Shown here in pieces: positions 58,938 to 64,000 of a stretch of DNA of 64,000 nucleotides. A program made the translations under genes and the position numbers. Origin of the DNA: Candidatus Latescibacterota bacterium (GTDB lineage Bacteria; Latescibacterota; UBA2968); the NCBI GenBank assembly GCA_965208125.1, contig OZ242320.1:3232001-3296000 (forward strand), written 5' to 3'. Numbering within the stretch: position 1 is the stretch's first letter; each line of letters begins with the position of its first letter. The notes below the pieces were generated by a model. It was not told where the DNA came from, ran no database searches, and worked only from the letters and a program-made list of their open reading frames with translations.

Positions 58938-59849
58938 ATGATTATGAGACAATATATTCTGATCGGGCTATGCACATTGTGTACCTATCTCATAGCAGGT
59001 GAAGGATTTGCCCAGGGGCATGCTCGCACCATTGCTTTGGGTGAAGTTGGTGTGGGATTGATCGGGAGTGGGCAGGCCATTCTGTACAATCCAGCAGGAC
59101 TGGCTTTTATGGAACGCAGAGAAGCCTATTTTACCTACATAGACTGGCCATCGGACACGGAGGAACACAACGTGGGTATTTCTGCAAATGTGCTGGGCAA
59201 AGGGGCATTTGGCCTTTATGCCGAGCGCAATAGCTCTAACGAGGATTATGCCATTTTCGGAGGCTATGGACAAAAAATAACGGACAGAATTGCGGTGGGG
59301 ACGACGTTTAAGCTGACTCATGACAATTATCAGACCTATTCTTCAGAACTCAGACAGCTTATTTCACAAACACAAAATAGGGTTGCCTTTGATTTGGGTG
59401 CGTATGTTATTGGGCCCCGGAATATGGCGATGTCAGTAGGTCTGAAAAATGTGAGTTCAGATAGCCTGCTTCAAAAGGATGCGCGGCTGGGGTTGCTTAT
59501 CGATATGTTCGCCTTGATAAATGCCGGGGTCGTGCCACATCATCTGGACGTTGTGTTAGACATGGAAATACCGATCAATTTTGACCGAGACAAAATACTG
59601 AGTGCAGCTATCGAATATGGGTACACGCACTACGGTGTAAATGGTTCTATTGGATTCTCGTTGCGTTTAGGTGGATTTTGGAAGGACTTAGGAGATAGAG
59701 ATTACATCTCTACGGGGTCGGCTAAGTGGGGATGTGGATTGCATTCCATGATCAAAAAGGGGCTGGGAGTAAAGATAGATTACACGCCTTATTCGAGCCG
59801 ATACGGAACTGAAACTGGACATATTTTCAGCTTGTCGTTGTTATTTTAA
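58938..59849 (+). CDS. PorV/PorQ-like (UPF0164) outer membrane barrel protein
   Basis: Signal peptide, ARTIALGE...AILYNPAGL motif, C-terminal H.FSL..LF. Confidence 0.7.
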   Translation: MIMRQYILIGLCTLCTYLIAGEGFAQGHARTIALGEVGVGLIGSGQAILYNPAGLAFMERREAYFTYIDWPSDTEEHNVGISANVLGKGAFGLYAERNSSNEDYAIFGGYGQKITDRIAVGTTFKLTHDNYQTYSSELRQLISQTQNRVAFDLGAYVIGPRNMAMSVGLKNVSSDSLLQKDARLGLLIDMFALINAGVVPHHLDVVLDMEIPINFDRDKILSAAIEYGYTHYGVNGSIGFSLRLGGFWKDLGDRDYISTGSAKWGCGLHSMIKKGLGVKIDYTPYSSRYGTETGHIFSLSLLF

Positions 59850-59886
59850 GCTGTTTTAAAATTGATTTTGGGAGCGGAGATGTCTC

Positions 59887-59913
59887 GCCTGCCTGTACCT
59901 ACCTCAGGCAGGC
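59887..59913. repeat. Short palindromic element
   Basis: GCCTGCCTG-TACCTACCT-CAGGCAGGC, 9-bp perfect stem upstream of the RBS of the next gene. Confidence 0.45.
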
Positions 59914-59939
59914 ATCTGATATATGTGGAGGTGAAGTCT

Positions 59940-60863
59940 ATGCATACCGAACACAACACCCGTCAAGCCCAAGCCCTCGCCATCCTATTCACTACCGCCC
60001 TCTTGCTCAACGCGATGGCTCCCTCACTCGCGTATGCAGCTAAGCAGAGTCAAGACGTGGAACAGGCCACAAAGGAGCCTCAAGGAAAGACCGTCATGGT
60101 CATGTCCCGCGGACAGATTGATTCTTCAAAGATCACAACGGGATGGTATGCCCATATCGTCTATATATCCGAAGAGGGCTCTGAAAGAATCGCAACTGGA
60201 CAGATTATGGAAAAAGGCACAGATCATATCTTGATTAGAGTTGAGGATGAGGCATTGAAATCTTGGAAAACAATAGCATACACTGACATGGATACCCTCG
60301 TTATCGCCCAACACACACGAGATATTGAAGAATGGAAAAATGCAAGACATACTCAAAGACACGGGGAACAGCCTATGCAACAACTCTATGCAGGAGAACT
60401 CAGAGTGCGTGTTGCTGCGCCTTCAATTCGGAAGGGATGGATGGTCGGCAAGCTGATTAAAATGACACAAGACACACTTGTTGTCCGTGGAGGACTTACA
60501 CTTTATGGACGTAGATTTTATCAGGTGCCTCTTTCTTCGATCTCCAATTTCGAAGTCAGCACTGGACAGTATAGAAACACATTCGAAGGGATGAAAATCG
60601 GCATTTATATTAGTGTAGGATTTATTGCTATAATGGCAGTAGGAATGGTAGTATATGAACCAATGATTATTCTAGCACCCGACGTATTGGAAATAGCACT
60701 TTTTTCGTCCTATGTGTTGGTGCCAATTACTGCCCTTACAACTGTAATCGGTGCGATGACCAAATCCGACAAATGGTTGGCAGTGTCGCCACAACGTCTC
60801 AACCTGAGCATATCCCCCACATCCACAAAAGGGTTTCGCGCCGCGCTTACGTTTAATTTTTAA
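59940..60863 (+). CDS. Exported/membrane modular protein, paralog of 57699-58859 with TM-rich C-terminus
   Basis: ATG 59940 with GGAGGT RBS; same leader LLNAMAPSLAYAA; two small beta domains; hydrophobic hairpin; ends ALTFNF. Confidence 0.7.
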   Translation: MHTEHNTRQAQALAILFTTALLLNAMAPSLAYAAKQSQDVEQATKEPQGKTVMVMSRGQIDSSKITTGWYAHIVYISEEGSERIATGQIMEKGTDHILIRVEDEALKSWKTIAYTDMDTLVIAQHTRDIEEWKNARHTQRHGEQPMQQLYAGELRVRVAAPSIRKGWMVGKLIKMTQDTLVVRGGLTLYGRRFYQVPLSSISNFEVSTGQYRNTFEGMKIGIYISVGFIAIMAVGMVVYEPMIILAPDVLEIALFSSYVLVPITALTTVIGAMTKSDKWLAVSPQRLNLSISPTSTKGFRAALTFNF

Positions 60864-61076
60864 TGTCAGGGTCTGTTCTACAGAATATGCGGCTGAGGGT
60901 ACTCATTGATGTGATTGCGCTGACAGATATTGATCCCTTGCACTGACAGGCGCAAGGGACCATTGGTCCTTAAGTTACACCTGACGTTGATACATAAATT
61001 GCATTTATGCTTATCGTGAATAAAATCTTCCGTAATGGCGTTTTCGAAATGGTCGGAAAAAGGATGATGTGATGTC

Positions 61077-64000
61077 ATGAGAATAGAATGCAAGATACTC
61101 AGGGTAAGCGTGTGCCTGTTTGCGTTGCTCTGCCTTTCATCTGTCGGATATGCTTCTCAGCCATCGGCTGATGTGCATTTTTGTAGGGTTCTCGATTTCG
61201 AAGACATGTGGGCACGCGATAGTTTGTATGCCGCCACGAAGCACGCGCTTAATCTGAACGTGGGCGACCCCCGCACGGTGCGGATGATCTACTTCTTGCC
61301 GAATGATCGTCCGTTTCGCCAGGAGGTGGTGGATTCGATGAAAGTGACCATTCGGCAAGTTCAGACCTTCTTTGCCGAGCAGATGCAGGCGCACGGATAT
61401 GGGAACAAGGCCTTTCGCTTTGAGGCCGATGTGCAGGGCGAACCAATGGTTCATCGCGTGGAGGGTCAACATCTCGATAGTCACTATTTTGATGACACAC
61501 CTGGTACTGTGATTAACGAGCTCGAACAAGCATTTGATCTCGATGCTAATATTTACTTCATCGTCATTGACAATAGTATAAATGCAATTGGTAGTGGTGG
61601 TCTGCGAGTGCCTGGTGTAGGAGGACGACGAGGGAAAAATGGTGGCTTAGGGTTGGTTACTGGCAAATTTAGTTTCGAATCAGCGGCACATGAACTTGGA
61701 CACGCTTTTGGATTATCGCACGATTTCAACGATGTTGCGTACATTATGTCTTATGGTTCAGATCAAGATCGGTTATCTGCTTGTAATGCCGAATTTTTGG
61801 CTGTGCATCCCTACTTCAATCTCGATACTCCAATTGAAGAGGCACTGTTACCAAGCATTGAGCTTCTTTCACCGCAGGAATATCCCGCAGGGTCAAAGAG
61901 CATCTCTGTCCATATCAAAATCAGCGATTTAGAGGAGCTTCATCAGGTACTCCTATTCGTTAGAACAAGAGAACCCCACCTCGCCGCTGGATTTCTTGAA
62001 GTGAAGGGATGTCGTGGATTGGCAGGTGACAAAGATGCTGTCGTTGAATTTGAATATGACGGCGTTATTCCTTCTGCTGTCTTTACGAGTCTTTCCGACC
62101 CTTCTGTCCATCCGATTTATGTCCAAGCCGTTGATACTGAGGGGAATGTGGGCAGGGCGTATTTTGAATTTTTAGAAATTTCGCCACACCATATCGCCAC
62201 GCTTGAAGAGCATAAGAATGAGGTCTATTCTATTGCATTTTCACCCGATGGCAGTACACTTGCTTCTGGGTCATTAGATGGCCTGGTCAAGCTATGGGAC
62301 GTTTCGACAAGGCGCGATATTGATACCTTTGACGCGCATACAGGGTGGGTCGCTTCTCTTGCGTTTTCACCCAATGGGATGATGCTTGCTTCCGGATCAG
62401 ATGATCAAACAGTCAAGCTATGGGAGGTTTCGACAAGGCGCAATCTCGCCACCTTTGAGGAACATTGGGGTCGTGTTGTCTCTGTTGTGTTTTCACCCGA
62501 TGGCAGTACACTTGCTTCTGGGTCATTGGATGGCCTGGTCAAGCTATGGGAGGTTTCGACAAGGCGCAATCTCGCCACCTTTGAGGGACATATGTGGGGA
62601 GGATCTGTTGCGTTTTCACCCGATGGGATGATCCTCGCTGCAGGATCAGGTGACGGCACAATAAAGCTGTGGGATGTTGCAACCGAAAAAAATATCGCCA
62701 CTTTTGAAGGGCATACGAGAGAGGTCATTTCTGTTGCATTTTCTCCCGACGGAGAGACGCTTGCTTCGGGTTCAGATAATGGTACGGTCAAGCTGTGGGA
62801 TGTTGCAACGCGGACAAATATCGCCACCTTTGAAGAGGATAGAGGTCGTGTTTCCTCTGTTGCGTTTTCTCCCGATGGCACTATCCTTGCTTCGGGTGCG
62901 TGGGATAAAACGGTCAATCTGTGGGATGTTGCAACACGGACAAATCTTGCCACCCTTGAAGGGCATAGAGGTCTTGTTCACTCTGTTGCATTTTCACCCG
63001 AGGGGACGATGCTTGCTTCAGGTTCGGGAGATCATACGATCAGATTATGGGATGTTTCTGAGTGGCGGCTACCCCGGCCTCAAAACCTTGTGAAAATCTC
63101 AGGAGATAACCAGCAGGACACGCCCGATGCAGAGTTGGCGATGCCTTTGGTCGTTGAAGTGAGAGATCAATACGGGAATCCCTTACAACATGCTCGGGTC
63201 ACCTTTGCTGTCACCGCAGGCGAAGGGAAACTCAGCGGGCGGTTCACGGTTGAGAACACAACAACTGATGCCAATGGCAGGGCGCAGAGTACGCTTACCC
63301 CTGGTCCCGGAACAAATACTGTTAAAGCATCGATTCCTGGGATTGAGGTGACATTTAACGCTGTGGGCGTTGGAATGCCTACTACGTCGGTTATAGGTGG
63401 TGATTATCAGCAGTGGCGTTTACCCAATGGTGCGACTGTACGTCTGGAAAAAGGACACATTAGTGGAGACGATAAGGCGGTGGCATTTTCGCCAGATGGT
63501 CAAAGTCTCGCTGTGGCAAGTGCCATTGGTGTGTGGCTTTACGATGTGGCGACATTGAGAGGACGCGCACTACTCACCGGGCATAAGGGTGAGGTCAGTT
63601 CTGTGTCGTTTTCACCTGATGGGACAATACTCGCTTCCGGGTCTTCTGATCACACAATCAAGCTATGGAAAGTTCAGACAGAAGAAAATATCGCCACTTT
63701 TGAAGGGCATAGTAGAGAGGTCACTTCTATTGCATTTTCACCTGATGGGACAATACTCGCTTCCGGGTCTTCTGATCACACAATCAAGCTATGGAAAGTT
63801 CAGACAGAAGAAAATATCGCCACTTTTGAAGGGCATAGTAGAGAGGTCACTTCTATTGCATTTTCACCTGATGGAACAACCCTCGCTTCCGGATCATGGG
63901 ATGAAACAGTCAGATTATGGGACGTTGCGACAAGAACAAATATCGCCACCTTCTTAGAACATACGCGTGAGGTCACTGCTGTTGCATTTTCGCCCGATGG
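61077..64000 (+). CDS. Large secreted protein: metzincin metalloprotease + WD40 propeller + Ig-like (Big_1) + second WD40 propeller; runs off the window
   Basis: Absent from ORF track (no stop in window). Manual translation: signal peptide MRIECKILRVSVCLFALLCLSSVGYA; HELGHAFGLSHD (61689-61724) and Met-turn IMSY; FSPDG..LASGS.D..VKLWD repeats; KISGDNQ..VEVRDQYGNP..TTDANG.A. Confidence 0.9.
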   Translation, partial: MRIECKILRVSVCLFALLCLSSVGYASQPSADVHFCRVLDFEDMWARDSLYAATKHALNLNVGDPRTVRMIYFLPNDRPFRQEVVDSMKVTIRQVQTFFAEQMQAHGYGNKAFRFEADVQGEPMVHRVEGQHLDSHYFDDTPGTVINELEQAFDLDANIYFIVIDNSINAIGSGGLRVPGVGGRRGKNGGLGLVTGKFSFESAAHELGHAFGLSHDFNDVAYIMSYGSDQDRLSACNAEFLAVHPYFNLDTPIEEALLPSIELLSPQEYPAGSKSISVHIKISDLEELHQVLLFVRTREPHLAAGFLEVKGCRGLAGDKDAVVEFEYDGVIPSAVFTSLSDPSVHPIYVQAVDTEGNVGRAYFEFLEISPHHIATLEEHKNEVYSIAFSPDGSTLASGSLDGLVKLWDVSTRRDIDTFDAHTGWVASLAFSPNGMMLASGSDDQTVKLWEVSTRRNLATFEEHWGRVVSVVFSPDGSTLASGSLDGLVKLWEVSTRRNLATFEGHMWGGSVAFSPDGMILAAGSGDGTIKLWDVATEKNIATFEGHTREVISVAFSPDGETLASGSDNGTVKLWDVATRTNIATFEEDRGRVSSVAFSPDGTILASGAWDKTVNLWDVATRTNLATLEGHRGLVHSVAFSPEGTMLASGSGDHTIRLWDVSEWRLPRPQNLVKISGDNQQDTPDAELAMPLVVEVRDQYGNPLQHARVTFAVTAGEGKLSGRFTVENTTTDANGRAQSTLTPGPGTNTVKASIPGIEVTFNAVGVGMPTTSVIGGDYQQWRLPNGATVRLEKGHISGDDKAVAFSPDGQSLAVASAIGVWLYDVATLRGRALLTGHKGEVSSVSFSPDGTILASGSSDHTIKLWKVQTEENIATFEGHSREVTSIAFSPDGTILASGSSDHTIKLWKVQTEENIATFEGHSREVTSIAFSPDGTTLASGSWDETVRLWDVATRTNIATFLEHTREVTAVAFSPD
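63609..63874 (+). repeat. Perfect 126-bp tandem repeat (two identical WD40 blades)
   Basis: 63609-63734 identical to 63735-63860, plus 14 nt of a third copy. Confidence 0.92.

Noticed and set aside
63609-63874. Possible CRISPR-like or non-coding repeat array
   Set aside because: 126-bp in-frame unit with no spacers; it encodes WD40 blades. No CRISPR array or cas gene seen in the window

Overview
Gene-dense bacterial chromosomal window from a Gram-negative organism. Four Cys-type sulfatases, two PhyH dioxygenases, three Gfo/Idh/MocA oxidoreductases, a heparinase II/III-like lyase, PorV-like and DUF6029 barrels, a serpin and a metalloprotease-WD40 protein suggest an FCB-group, possibly host- or sponge-associated organism such as Latescibacterota; this taxonomic guess is inference only. 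A housekeeping block (trxA, holA, RND efflux trio, folP, ftsH, tilS) is flanked by catabolic genes, two type II toxin-antitoxin pairs, an alpha-2-macroglobulin/PBP1C locus split by a 1-nt frameshift, and a sigma-54 two-component system followed by its probable target operon (lipid head-group transferase, flippase-like protein, outer-membrane barrel). No rRNA, tRNA, CRISPR array or transposase was recognised. The best candidates for undescribed biology are: (1) two tandem membrane-anchored proteins with complementarily degenerate CutA (PII-like) domains at the head of the A2M-pbpC operon; (2) a PhyH-family enzyme with a halogenase-type H-x-G motif paired with a canonical H-x-D paralog; (3) a ~250-nt intergenic element with mutually exclusive long helices in front of a modular exported-protein family sharing an identical 42-bp leader; (4) a complete enhancer + sigma-54 promoter + lipid-remodelling module. 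All calls come from reading motifs by eye; no database search was run.
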